A stretch of 64,000 bases of DNA, from assembly GCA_964057225.1 (NCBI GenBank), contig OZ059899.1:2666001-2730000 (forward strand), given 5' to 3'. Every line of letters starts with the position of its first letter. Position 1 is the first letter of the stretch. Below, piece after piece: positions 1 to 13,200 of this stretch. A program made the translations under genes and the position numbers. The notes below the pieces were generated by a model. That model saw only the letters and a program-made list of their open reading frames with translations, made no database searches and was not told the origin of the DNA. The DNA is from Auanema rhodensis (taxonomy: Eukaryota > Animalia > Nematoda).

Positions 1-351
1 ACATGGAAACTCAACATACACTAATGCATCATTTTTCAAACGATCATAACTAATTTTTGTATTAAGCGTTTCTCAATGTAGTATAGTGCATTCGATGCGG
101 ATTTTTAAGCTGCGTCGATCTGTGTTATCAGATTTGCGCTAGCTTAAAAAAGCACCGAGATATCAACTGATATAAGTTCACACTTATTTCCTCGATTTTC
201 ACCCTGAAGAATTAATTTTTTCGTTGAATAACATTGTCCATCGTCTTTGCCTTGAAAAACGGAATCTAAAAACATCTACTTTTCGCTAAATTATCTTGAA
301 ATTTTTCGAAAAAATTTTTGTCAAAATGTTTTTGGAAGCAATGTTGAGTGT
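1..351 (+). repeat. Representative 351-bp monomer (phase set arbitrarily by the window start)
   Basis: 1-351 is directly followed by a near-identical copy at 352-702. Recurrent variable sites lie near monomer positions 42, 54, 64, 74, 94, 107, 146, 151, 167, 215, 247, 251, 260, 271, 284 and 294-295. Confidence 0.98.
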
Positions 352-368
352 ACATGGAAACTCAACAT
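341..368. other. Inverted repeat ATGTTGAGT-N10-ACTCAACAT, present once per monomer (example coordinates)
   Basis: 341-349 ATGTTGAGT is the exact reverse complement of 360-368 ACTCAACAT, with spacer GTACATGGAA. Function unknown. Confidence 0.9.
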
Positions 369-870
369 ACACTAATGCATCATTTTTCAAACGATCATAA
401 CTAATTTTTGTATTAAGCGTTTCTCAATGTAGTATAGTGCATTCGATGCGGATTGTTGAGCTGCGTCGATCTGTGTTATCAGATTTGCGCTAGCTTAAAA
501 ATGCACCGAGATATCAACTGATATGAGTTCACACATATATCCTCGATTTTCACCCTGAAGAATTAATTTTTTCGTTGAATAACATTGTCCATCGTCTTTG
601 CCTTGAAAAAAGGAATCTAAAAACATCTACTTTTTGCTAAATTATTTTGAAATTTTTCGAAAAAATTTTTGTCAAAATGTTTTTGGAAGCAATGTTGAGT
701 GTACATGGAAACTCAACATACACTAATGCATCATTTTTCAAACGATCATAACTAATTTTTGTATTAAGCGTTTCTCAATGTAGTATAGTGCATTCGATGC
801 GGATTTTTAAGCTGCGTCGATCTGTGTTATCAGATTTGCGCTAGCTTAAAAAAGCACCGAGATATCAACT

Positions 871-892
871 GATATAAGTTCACACTTATATC
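871..892. other. Inverted repeat GATATAAGT-TCAC-ACTTATATC, present in most monomers (example in monomer 3)
   Basis: Perfect 9-bp arms with a 4-nt spacer at monomer positions 169-190. Function unknown. Confidence 0.9.
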
Positions 893-3800
893 CTCGATTT
901 TCACCCTGAAGAATTATTTTTTTCGTTGAATAACATTGTCCATCGTCTTCGCCTTGAAAAACGGAATCTAAAAACATCTACTTTTTGCTAAATTATTTTG
1001 AAATTTTTCGAAAAAATTTTTGTCAAAATGTTTTTGGAAGCAATGTTGAGTGTACATGGAAACTCAACATACACTAATGCATCATTTTTCAAACGATCAT
1101 AACTAATTTTTGTATTAAGCGTTTCTCAATGTAGTATAGTGCATTCGATGCGGATTTTTGAGCTGCGTCGATCTGTGTTATCAGATTTGCGCTAGCTTGA
1201 AAATGCACCGAGATATCAACTGATATAAGTTCACACTTATATCCTCGATTTTCACCCTGAAGAATTAATTTTTTCGTTGAATAACATTGTCCATCGTCTT
1301 CGCCTTGAAAAACGGAATCTAAAAACATCTACTTTTTGCTAAATTATTTTGAAATTTTTCGAAAAAATTTTTGTCAAAATGTTTTTGGAAGCAATGTTGA
1401 GTGTACATGGAAACTCAACATACACTAATGCATCATTTTTCAAACGATCATAACTAATTTTTGTATTAAGCGTTTCTCAATGTAGTATAGTGCATTCGAT
1501 GCGGATTTTTGAGCTGCGTCGATCTGTGTTATCAGATTTGCGCTAGCTTGAAAATGCACCGAGATATCAACTGATATAAGTTCACACTTATATCCTCGAT
1601 TTTCACCCTGAAGAATTAATTTTTTCGTTGAATAACATTGTCCATCGTCTTTGCCTTGAAAAACGGAATCTAAAAACATCTACTTTTCGCTAAATTATCT
1701 TGAAATTTTTCGAAAAAATTTTTGTCAAAATGTTTTTGGAAGCAATGTTGAGTGTACATGGAAACTCAACATACACTAATGCATCGTTTTTCAAACGATC
1801 ATAACTAATTTTATTATTAAGCGTTTCTCAATGTAGTATAGTGCATTCGATGCGGATTGTTGAGCTGCGTCGATCTGTGTTATCAGATTTGCGCTAGCTT
1901 AAAAATGCACCGAGATATCAACTGATATGAGTTCACACTTATATCCTCGATTTTCACCCTGAAGAATTAATTTTTTCGTTGAATAACATTGTCCATCGTC
2001 TTTGCCTTGAAAAAAGGAATCTAAAAACATCTACTTTTTGCTAAATTATTCTGAAATTTTTCGAAAAAATTTTTGTCAAAATGTTTTTGGAAGCAATGTT
2101 GAGTGTACATGGAAACTCAACATACACTAATGCATCATTTTTCAAACGATCATAACTAATTTTTGTATTAAGCGTTTCTCAATGTAGTATAGTGCATTCA
2201 ATGCGGATTTTTAAGCTGCGTCGATCTGTGTTATCAGATTTGCGCTAGCTTAAAAAAGCACCGAGATATCAACTGATATAAGTTCACACTTATATCCTCG
2301 ATTTTCACCCTGAAGAATTATTTTTTTCGTTGAATAACATTGTCCATCGTCTTTGCCTTGAAAAACGGAATCTAAAAACATCTACTTTTTGCTAAATTAT
2401 TTTGAAATTTTTCGAAAAAATTTTTGTCAAAATGTTTTTGGAAGCAATGTTGAGTGTACATGGAAACTCAACATACACTAATGCATCATTTTTCAAACGA
2501 TCATAACTAATTTTTGTATTAAGCGTTTCTCAATGTAGTATAGTGCATTCAATGCGGATTTTTAAGCTGCGTCGATCTGTGTTATCAGATTTGCGCTAGC
2601 TTGAAAATGCACCGAGATATCAACTGATATAAGTTCACACTTATATCCTCGATTTTCACCCTGAAGAATTATTTTTTTCGTCGAATAACATTGTCCATCG
2701 TCTTTGCTTTGAAAAACGGAATCTAAAAACATCTACTTTTCGCTAAATTATCTTGAAATTTTTCGAAAAAATTTTTGTCAAAATGTTTTTGGAAGCAATG
2801 TTGAGTGTACATGGAAACTCAACATACACTAATGCATCATTTTTCAAACGATCATAACTAATTTTTGTATTAAGCGTTTCTCAATGTAGTATAGTGCATT
2901 CGATGCGGATTTTTGAGCTGCGTCGATCTGTGTTATCAGATTTGCGCTAGCTTAAAAATGCACCGAGATATCAACTGATATAAGTTCACACTTATATCCT
3001 CGATTTTCACCCTGAAGAATTATTTTTTTCGTTGAATAACATTGTCCATCGTCTTTGCCTTGAAAAACGGAATCTAAAAACATCTACTTTTTGCTAAATT
3101 ATTTTGAAATTTTTCGAAAAAATTTTTGTCAAAATGTTTTTGGAAGCAATGTTGAGTGTACATGGAAACTCAACATACACTAATGCATCATTTTTCAAAC
3201 GATCATAACTAATTTTTGTATTAAGCGTTTCTCAATGTAGTATAGTGCATTCGATGCGGATTTTTAAGCTGCGTCGATCTGTGTTATCAGATTTGCGCTA
3301 GCTTAAAAAAGCACCGAGATATCAACTGATATAAGTTCACACTTATATCCTCGATTTTCACCCTGAAGAATTATTTTTTTCGTTGAATAACATTGTCCAT
3401 CGTCTTTGCCTTGAAAAACGGAATCTAAAAACATCTACTTTTTGCTAAATTATTTTGAAATTTTTCGAAAAAATTTTTGTCAAAATGTTTTTGGAAGCAA
3501 TGTTGAGTGTACATGGAAACTCAACATACACTAATGCATCATTTTTCAAACGATCATAACTAATTTTTGTATTAAGCGTTTCTCAAAGTAGTATAGTGCA
3601 TTCGATGCGGATTTTTGAGCTGCGTCGATCTGTGTTATCAGATTTGAGCTAGCTTGAAAATGCACCGAGATATCAACTGATATAAGTTCACACTTATATC
3701 CTCGATTTTCACCCTGAAGAATTAATTTTTTCGTTGAATAACATTGTCCATCGTCTTTGCCTTGAAAAACGGAATCTAAAAACATCTACTTTTTGCTAAA

Positions 3801-4212
3801 TTATTTTGAAATTTTTCGAAAAAATTTTTGTCAAAATGTTTTTGGAAGCAATGTTGAGTGTACATGGAAACTCAACATACACTAATGCATCATTTTTCAA
3901 ACGATCATAACTAATTTTTGTATTAAGCGTTTCTCAATGTAGTATAGTGCATTCAATGCGGATTTTTAAGCTGCGTCGATCTGTGTTATCAGATTTGCGC
4001 TAGCTTGAAAATGCACCGAGATATCAACTGATATAAGTTCACACTTATATCCTCGATTTTCACCCTGAAGAATTATTTTTTTCGTCGAATAACATTGTCC
4101 ATCGTCTTTGCTTTGAAAAACGGAATCTAAAAACATCTACTTTTCGCTAAATTATCTTGAAATTTTTCGAAAAAATTTTTGTCAAAATGTTTTTGGAAGC
4201 AATGTTGAGTGT

Positions 4213-7200
4213 ACATGGAAACTCAACATACACTAATGCATCATTTTTCAAACGATCATAACTAATTTTTGTATTAAGCGTTTCTCAATGTAGTATAGTG
4301 CATTCGATGCGGATTTTTGAGCTGCGTCGATCTGTGTTATCAGATTTGCGCTAGCTTAAAAAAGCACCGAGATATCAACTGATATAAGTTCACACTTATA
4401 TCCTCGATTTTCACCCTGAAGAATTATTTTTTTCGTTGAATAACATTGTCCATCGTCTTTGCCTTGAAAAACGGAATCTAAAAACATCTACTTTCTGCTA
4501 AATTATTTTGAAATTTTTCGAAAAAAATTTTGTCAAAATGTTTTTGGAAGCAATGTTGAGTGTACATGGAAACTCAACATACACTAATGCATCATTTTTC
4601 AAACGATCATAACTAATTTTTGTATTAAGCGTTTCTCAATGTAGTATAGTGCATTCGATGCGGATTTTTGAGCTGCGTCGATCTGTGTTATCAGATTTGC
4701 GCTAGCTTGAAAATGCACCGAGATATCAACTGATATAAGTTCACACTTATATCCTCGATTTTCACCCTGAAGAATTAATTTTTTCGTTGAATAACATTGT
4801 CCATCGTCTTTGCCTTGAAAAACGGAATCTAAAAACATCTACTTTTCGCTAAATTATCTTGAAATTTTTCGAAAAAATTTTTGTCAAAATGTTTTTGGAA
4901 GCAATGTTGAGTGTACATGGAAACTCAACATACACTAATGCATCATTTTTCAAACGATCATAACTAATTTTTGTATTAAGCGTTTCTCAATGTAGTATAG
5001 TGCATTCGATGCGGATTTTTGAGCTGCGTCGATCTGTGTTATCAGATTTGCGCTAGCTTGAAAATGCACCGAGATATCAACTGATATAAGTTCACACTTA
5101 TATCCTCGATTTTTACCCTGAAGATTTAATTTTTTCGTTGAATAACATTGTCCATCGTCTTTGCTTTGAAAAACGGAATCTAAAAACATCTACTTTTCGC
5201 TAAATTATCTTGAAATTTTTCGAAAAAATTTTTGTCAAAATGTTTTTGGAAGCAATGTTGAGTGTACATGGAAACTCAACATACACTAATGCATCATTTT
5301 TCAAACGATCATAACTAATTTTTGTATTGAGCGTTTCTCAATGTAGTATAGTGCATTCGATGCGGATTTTTGAGCTGCGTCGATCTGTGTTATCAGATTT
5401 GCGCTAGCTTAAAAAAGCACCGAGATATCAACTGATATAAGTTCACACTTATATCCTCGATTTTCACCCTGAAGAATTATTTTTTTCGTTGAATAACATT
5501 GTCCATCGTCTTTGCTTTGAGAAACGGAATCTAAAAACATCTACTTTTTGCTAAATTATTTTGAAATTTTTCGAAAAAATTTTTGTCTAAATGTTTTTGG
5601 AAGCAATGTTGAGTGTACATGGAAACTCAACATACACTAATGCATCATTTTTCAAACGATCATAACTAAATTTTGTATTAAGCGTTTCTCAATGTAGTAT
5701 AGTGCATTCGATGCGGATTTTTAAGCTGCGTCGATCTGTGTTATCAGATTTGCGCTAGCTTAAAAATGCACCGAGATATCAACTGATATAAGTTCACACT
5801 TATATCCTCGATTTTCATCCTGAAGAATTATTTTTTTCGTTGAATAACATTGTCCATCGTCTTCGCCTTGAAAAAAGGAATCTAAAAACATCTACTTTTT
5901 GCTAAATTATTTTGAAATTTTTCGAAAAAATTTTTGTCAAAATGTTTTTGGAAGCAATGTTGAGTGTACATGGAAACTCAACATACACTAATGCATCATT
6001 TTTCAAACGATCATAACTAATTTTTGTATTGAGCGTTTCTCAATGTAGTATAGTGCATTCAATGCGGATTTTTGAGCTGCGTCGATCTGTGTTATCAGAT
6101 TTGCGCTAGCTTAAAAATGCACCGAGATATCAACTGATATAAGTTCACACTTATATCCTCGATTTTCACCCTGAAGAATTATTTTTTTCGTTGAATAACA
6201 TTGTCCATCGTCTTCGCCTTGAAAAAAGGAATCTAAAAACATCTACTTTTTGCTAAATTATTTTGAAATTTTTCGAAAAAATTTTTGTCAAAATGTTTTT
6301 GGAAGCAATGTTGAGTGTACATGGAAACTCAACATACACTAATGCATCATTTTTCAAACGATCATAACTAATTTTTGTATTGAGCGTTTCTCAATGTAGT
6401 ATAGTGCATTCAATGCGGATTTTTGAGCTGCGTCGATCTGTGTTATCAGATTTGCGCTAGCTTAAAAATGCACCGAGATATCAACTGATATAAGTTCACA
6501 CTTATATCCTCGATTTTCACCCTGAAGAATTATTTTTTTCGTTGAATAACATTGTCCATCGTCTTTGCTTTGAAAAACGGAATTTAAAAACATCTACTTT
6601 TTGCTAAATTATTTTGAAATTTTTCGAAAAAATTTTTGTCAAAATGTTTTTGGAAGCAATGTTGAGTGTACATGGAAACTCAACATACACTAATGCATCA
6701 TTTTTCAAACGATCATAACTAATTTTTGTATTGAGCGTTTCTCAATGTAGTATAGTGCATTCGATGCGGATTTTTGAGCTGCGTCGATCTGTGTTATCAG
6801 ATTTGCGCTAGCTTGAAAATGCACCGAGATATCAACTGATATAAGTTCACACTTATATCCTCGATTTTCACCCTGAAGAATTATTTTTTTCGTTGAATAA
6901 CATTGTCCATCGTCTTTGCTTTGAAAAACGGAATCTAAAAACATCTACTTTTTGCTAAATTATTTTGAAATTTTTCGAAAAAATTTTTGTCAAAATGTTT
7001 TTGGAAGCAATGTTGAGTGTACATGGAAACTCAACATACACTAATGCATCATTTTTCAAACGATCATAACTAATTTTTGTATTGAGCGTTTCTCAATGTA
7101 GTATAGTGCATTCGATGCGGATTTTCGAGCTGCGTCGATCTGTGTTATCAGATTTGCGCTAGCTTAAAAATGCACCGAGATATCAACTGATATAAGTTCA

Positions 7201-10200
7201 CACTTATATCCTCGATTTTCATCCTGAAGAATTATTTTTTTCGTTGAATAACATTGTCCATCGTCTTCGCCTTGAAAAAAGGAATCTAAAAACATCTACT
7301 TTTTGCTAAATTATTTTGAAATTTTTCGAAAAAATTTTTGTCAAAATGTTTTTGGAAGCAATGTTGAGTGTACATGGAAACTCAACATACACTAATGCAT
7401 CATTTTTCAAACGATCATAACTAATTTTTGTATTGAGCGTTTCTCAATGTAGTATAGTGCATTCAATGCGGATTTTTGAGCTGCGTCGATCTGTGTTATC
7501 AGATTTGCGCTAGCTTAAAAATGCACCGAGATATCAACTGATATAAGTTCACACTTATATCCTCGATTTTCACCCTGAAGAATTATTTTTTTCGTTGAAT
7601 AACATTGTCCATCGTCTTTGCTTTGAAAAACGGAATCTAAAAACATCTACTTTTTGCTAAATTATTTTGAAATTTTTCGAAAAAATTTTTGTCAAAATGT
7701 TTTTGGAAGCAATGTTGAGTGTACATGGAAACTCAACATACACTAATGCATCATTTTTCAAACGATCATAACTAATTTTTGTATTGAGCGTTTCTCAATG
7801 TAGTATAGTGCATTCGATGCGGATTTTTGAGCTGCGTCGATCTGTGTTATCAGATTTGCGCTAGCTTGAAAATGCACCGAGATATCAACTGATATAAGTT
7901 CACACTTATATCCTCGATTTTCACCCTGAAGAATTATTTTTTTCGTTGAATAACATTGTCCATCGTCTTTGCTTTGAAAAACGGAATCTAAAAACATCTA
8001 CTTTTTGCTAAATTATTTTGAAATTTTTCGAAAAAATTTTTGTCAAAATGTTTTTGGAAGCAATGTTGAGTGTACATGGAAACTCAACATACACTAATGC
8101 ATCATTTTTCAAACGATCATAACTAATTTTTGTATTGAGTGTTTCTCAATGTAGTATAGTGCATTCGATGCGGATTTTTGAGCTGCGTCGATCTGTGTTA
8201 TCAGATTTGCGCTAGCTTAAAAAAGCACCGAGATATCAACTGATATAAGTTCACACTTATATCCTCGATTTTCACCCTGAAGAATTATTTTTTTCGTTGA
8301 ATAACATTGTCCATCGTCTTTGCTTTGAAAAACGGAATCTAAAAACATCTACTTTTTGCTAAATTATTTTGAAATTTTTTGAAAAAATTTTTGTCAAAAT
8401 GTTTTTGGAAGCAATGTTGAGTGTACATGGAAACTCAACATACACTAATGCATCATTTTTCAAACGATCATAACTAAATTTTGTATTAAGCGTTTCTCAA
8501 TGTAGTATAGTGCATTCGATGCGGATTTTTAAGCTGCGTCGATCTGTGTTATCAGATTTGCGCTAGCTTAAAAATGCACCGAGATATCAACTGATATAAG
8601 TTCACACTTATATCCTCGATTTTCACCCTGAAGAATTATTTTTTTCGTTGAATAACATTGTCCATCGTCTTCGCCTTGAAAAAAGGAATCTAAAAACATC
8701 TACTTTTTGCTAAATTATTTTTAAATTTTTCGAAAAAATTTTTGTCAAAATGTTTTTGGAAGCAATGTTGAGTGTACATGGAAACTCAACATACACTAAT
8801 GCATCATTTTTCAAACGATCATAACTAATTTTTGTATTGAGCGTTTCTCAATGTAGTATAGTGCATTCAATGCGGATTTTTGAGCTGCGTCGATCTGTGT
8901 TATCAGATTTGCGCTAGCTTAAAAATGCACCGAGATATCAACTGATATAAGTTCACACTTATATCCTCGATTTTCACCCTGAAGAATTATTTTTTTCGTT
9001 GAATAACATTGTCCATCGTCTTTGCTTTGAAAAACGGAATCTAAAAACATCTACTTTTTGCTAAATTATTTTGAAATTTTTCGAAAAAATTTTTGTCAAA
9101 ATGTTTTTGGAAGCAATGTTGAGTGTACATGGAAACTCAACATACACTAATGCATCATTTTTCAAACGATCATAACTAATTTTTGTATTGAGCGTTTCTC
9201 AATGTAGTATAGTGCATTCGATGCGGATTTTTGAGCTGCGTCGATCTGTGTTATCAGATTTGCGCTAGCTTAAAAAAGCACCGAGATATCAACTGATATA
9301 AGTTCACACTTATATCCTCGATTTTCACCCTGAAGAATTATTTTTTTCGTTGAATAACATTGTCCATCGTCTTTGCTTTGAAAAACGGAATCTAAAAACA
9401 TCTACTTTTTGCTAAATTATTTTGAAATTTTTCGAAAAAATTTTTGTCAAAATGTTTTTGGAAGCAATGTTGAGTGTACATGGAAACTCAACATACACTA
9501 ATGCATCATTTTTCAAACGATCATAACTAATTTTTGTATTAAGCGTTTCTTAATGTAGTATAGTGCATTCGATGCGGATTTTTGAGCTGCGTCGATCTGT
9601 GTTATCAGATTTGCGCTAGCTTGAAAATGCACCGAGATATCAACTGATATAAGTTCACACTTATATCTTCGATTTTCACCCTGAAGAATTAATTTTTTCG
9701 TTGAATAACATTGTCCATCGTCTTTGCCTTGAAAAACGGAATCTAAAAACATCTACTTTTCGCTAAATTATCTTGAAATTTTTCGAAAAAATTTTTGTCA
9801 AAATGTTTTTGGAAGCAATGTTGAGTGTACATGGAAACTCAACATACACTAATGCATCATTTTTCAAACGATCATAACTAATTTTTGTATTAAGCGTTTC
9901 TCAATGTAGTATAGTGCATTCGATGCGGATTTTTGAGCTGCGTCGATCTGTGTTATCAGATTTGCGCTAGCTTAAAAAAGCACCGAGATATCAACTGATA
10001 TAAGTTCACACTTATATCCTCGATTTTCACCCTGAAGAATTATTTTTTTCGTTGAATAACATTGTCCATCGTCTTTGCCTTGAAAAACGGAATCTAAAAA
10101 CATCTACTTTTTGCTAAATTATTTTGAAATTTTTCGAAAAAATTTTTGTCAAAATGTTTTTGGAAGCAATGTTGAGTGTACATGGAAACTCAACATACAC

Positions 10201-13200
10201 TAATGCATCATTTTTCAAACGATCATAACTAATTTTTGTATTAAGCGTTTCTCAATGTAGTATAGTGCATTCGATGCGGATTTTTGAGCTGCGTCGATCT
10301 GTGTTATCAGATTTGCGCTAGCTTGAAAATGCACCGAGATATCAACTGATATAAGTTCACACTTATATCCTCGATTTTCACCCTGAAGAATTATTTTTTT
10401 CGTTGAATAACATTGTCCATCGTCTTTGCCTTGAAAAACGGAATCTAAAAACATCTACTTTTCGCTAAATTATCTTGAAATTTTTCGAAAAAATTTTTGT
10501 CAAAATGTTTTTGGAAGCAATGTTGAGTGTACATGGAAACTCAACATACACTAATGCATCATTTTTCAAACGATCATAACTAATTTTTGTATTAAGCGTT
10601 TCTCAATGTAGTATAGTGCATTCGATGCGGAATTTTAAGCTGCGTCGATCTGTGTTATCAGATTTGCGCTAGCTTAAAAAAGCACCGAGATATCAACTGA
10701 TATAAGTTCACACTTATATCCTCGATTTTCACCCTGAAGAATTATTTTTTTCGTTGAATAACATTGTCCATCGTCTTTGCCTTGAAAAACGGAATCTAAA
10801 AACATCTACTTTTTGCTAAATTATTTTGAAATTTTTCGAAAAAATTTTTGTCAAAATGTTTTTGGAAGCAATGTTGAGTGTACATGGAAACTCAACATAC
10901 ACTAATGCATCATTTTTCAAACGATCATAACTAATTTTTGTATTGAGCGTTTCTCAATGTAGTATAGTGCATTCGATGCGGATTTTTGAGCTGCGTCGAT
11001 CTGTGTTATCAGATTTGCGCTAGCTTGAAAATGCACCGAGATATCAACTGATATAAGTTCACACTTATATCCTCGATTTTTACCCTGAAGATTTAATTTT
11101 TTCGTTGAATAACATTGTCCATCGTCTTTGCCTTAAAAAAAAGAATCTGAAAACATCTACTTTTCGCTAAATTATCTTGAAATTTTTCGAAAAAATTTTT
11201 GTCAAAATGTTTTTGGAAGCAATGTTGAGTGTACATGGAAACTCGACATACACTAATGCATCATTTTTCAAACGATCATAACTAATTTTTGTATTAAGCG
11301 TTTCTCAATGTAGTATAGTGCAGTCGATGCGGATTTTTAAGCTGCGTCGATCTGTGTTATCAGATTTGCGCTAGCTTAAAAATGCACCGAGATATCAACT
11401 GATATAAGTTCACACTTATATCCTCGATTTTCACCCTGAAGAATTATTTTTTTCGTTGAATAACATTGTCCATCGTCTTCGCCTTGAAAAAAGGAATCTA
11501 AAAACATCTACTTTTTGCTAAATTATTTTTAAATTTTTCGAAAAAATTTTTGTCAAAATGTTTTTGGAAGCAATGTTGAGTGTACATGGAAACTCAACAT
11601 ACACTAATGCATCATTTTTCAAACGATCATAACTAATTTTTGTATTGAGCGTTTCTCAATGTAGTATAGTGCATTCAATGCGGATTTTTGAGCTGCGTCG
11701 ATCTGTGTTATCAGATTTGCGCTAGCTTAAAAATGCACCGAGATATCAACTGATATAAGTTCACACTTATATCCTCGATTTTCACCCTGAAGAATTATTT
11801 TTTTCGTTGAATAACATTGTCCATCGTCTTTGCTTTGAAAAACGGAATCTAAAAACATCTACTTTTTGCTAAATTATCTTGAAATTTTTCGAAAAAATTT
11901 TTGTCAAAATGTTTTTGGAAGCAATGTTGAGTGTACATGGAAACTCAACATACACTAATGCATCATTTTTCAAACGATCATAACTAATTTTTGTATTGAG
12001 CGTTTCTCAATGTAGTATAGTGCATTCGATGCGGATTTTTGAGCTGCGTCGATCTGTGTTATCAGATTTGCGCTAGCTTAAAAAAGCACCGAGATATCAA
12101 CTGATATAAGTTCACACTTATATCCTCGATTTTCACCCTGAAGAATTATTTTTTTCGTTGAATAACATTGTCCATCGTCTTTGCCTTGAAAAACGGAATC
12201 TAAAAACATCTACTTTTTGCTAAATTATTTTGAAATTTTTCGAAAAAATTTTTGTCAAAATGTTTTTGGAAGCAATGTTGAGTGTACATGGAAACTCAAC
12301 ATACACTAATGCATCATTTTTCAAACGATCATAACTAATTTTTGTATTAAGCGTTTCTCAATGTAGTATAGTGCATTCGATGCGGATTTTTAAGCTGCGT
12401 CGATCTGTGTTTTCAGATTTGCGCTAGCTTAAAAATGCACCGAGATATCAACTGATATAAGTTCACACTTATATCCTCGATTTTCACCCTGAAGAATTAT
12501 TTTTTTCGTTGAATAACATTGTCCATCGTCTTCGCCTTGAAAAAAGGAATCTAAAAACATCTACTTTTTGCTAAATTATTTTTAAATTTTTCGAAAAAAT
12601 TTTTGTCAAAATGTTTTTGGAAGCAATGTTGAGTGTACATGGAAACTCAACATACACTAATGCATCATTTTTCAAACGATCATAACTAATTTTTGTATTG
12701 AGCGTTTCTCAATGTAGTATAGTGCATTCAATGCGGATTTTTGAGCTGCGTCGATCTGTGTTATCAGATTTGCGCTAGCTTAAAAATGCACCGAGATATC
12801 AACTGATATAAGTTCACACTTATATCCTCGATTTTCACCCTGAAGAATTATTTTTTTCGTTGAATAACATTGTCCATCGTCTTTGCTTTGAAAAACGGAA
12901 TCTAAAAACATCTACTTTTTGCTAAATTATCTTGAAATTTTTCGAAAAAATTTTTGTCAAAATGTTTTTGGAAGCAATGTTGAGTGTACATGGAAACTCA
13001 ACATACACTAATGCATCATTTTTCAAACGATCATAACTAATTTTTGTATTGAGCGTTTCTCAATGTAGTATAGTGCATTCGATGCGGATTTTTGAGCTGC
13101 GTCGATCTGTGTTATCAGATTTGCGCTAGCTTAAAAAAGCACCGAGATATCAACTGATATAAGTTCACACTTATATCCTCGATTTTCACCCTGAAGAATT

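Noticed and set aside
219-235. CENP-B box-like TTTCGTTGAA
   Set aside because: It matches only the 5' half of YTTCGTTGGAARCGGGA. The essential CGGG is absent.
133-300. Monomer derived from two ~175-bp subrepeats (tttgcgcta...cttgaaa vs ttttcgcta...cttgaaa)
   Set aside because: Only short patchy similarity at an offset of about 147-152 bp, which is expected by chance in AT-rich DNA. No convincing alignment by eye.
520-541. Double variant gatatGagt...acAtatatc as a compensatory change in the 9-bp stem
   Set aside because: The two changed bases are not pairing partners. They give a G-T pair plus an A-A mismatch, so there is no covariation support for a selected structure.
341-719. Monomer as a tandem MITE or transposon with terminal inverted repeats
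   Set aside because: The inverted arms are only 9 bp, and there are no target-site duplications or transposase remnants. A TE origin cannot be supported without a database search.
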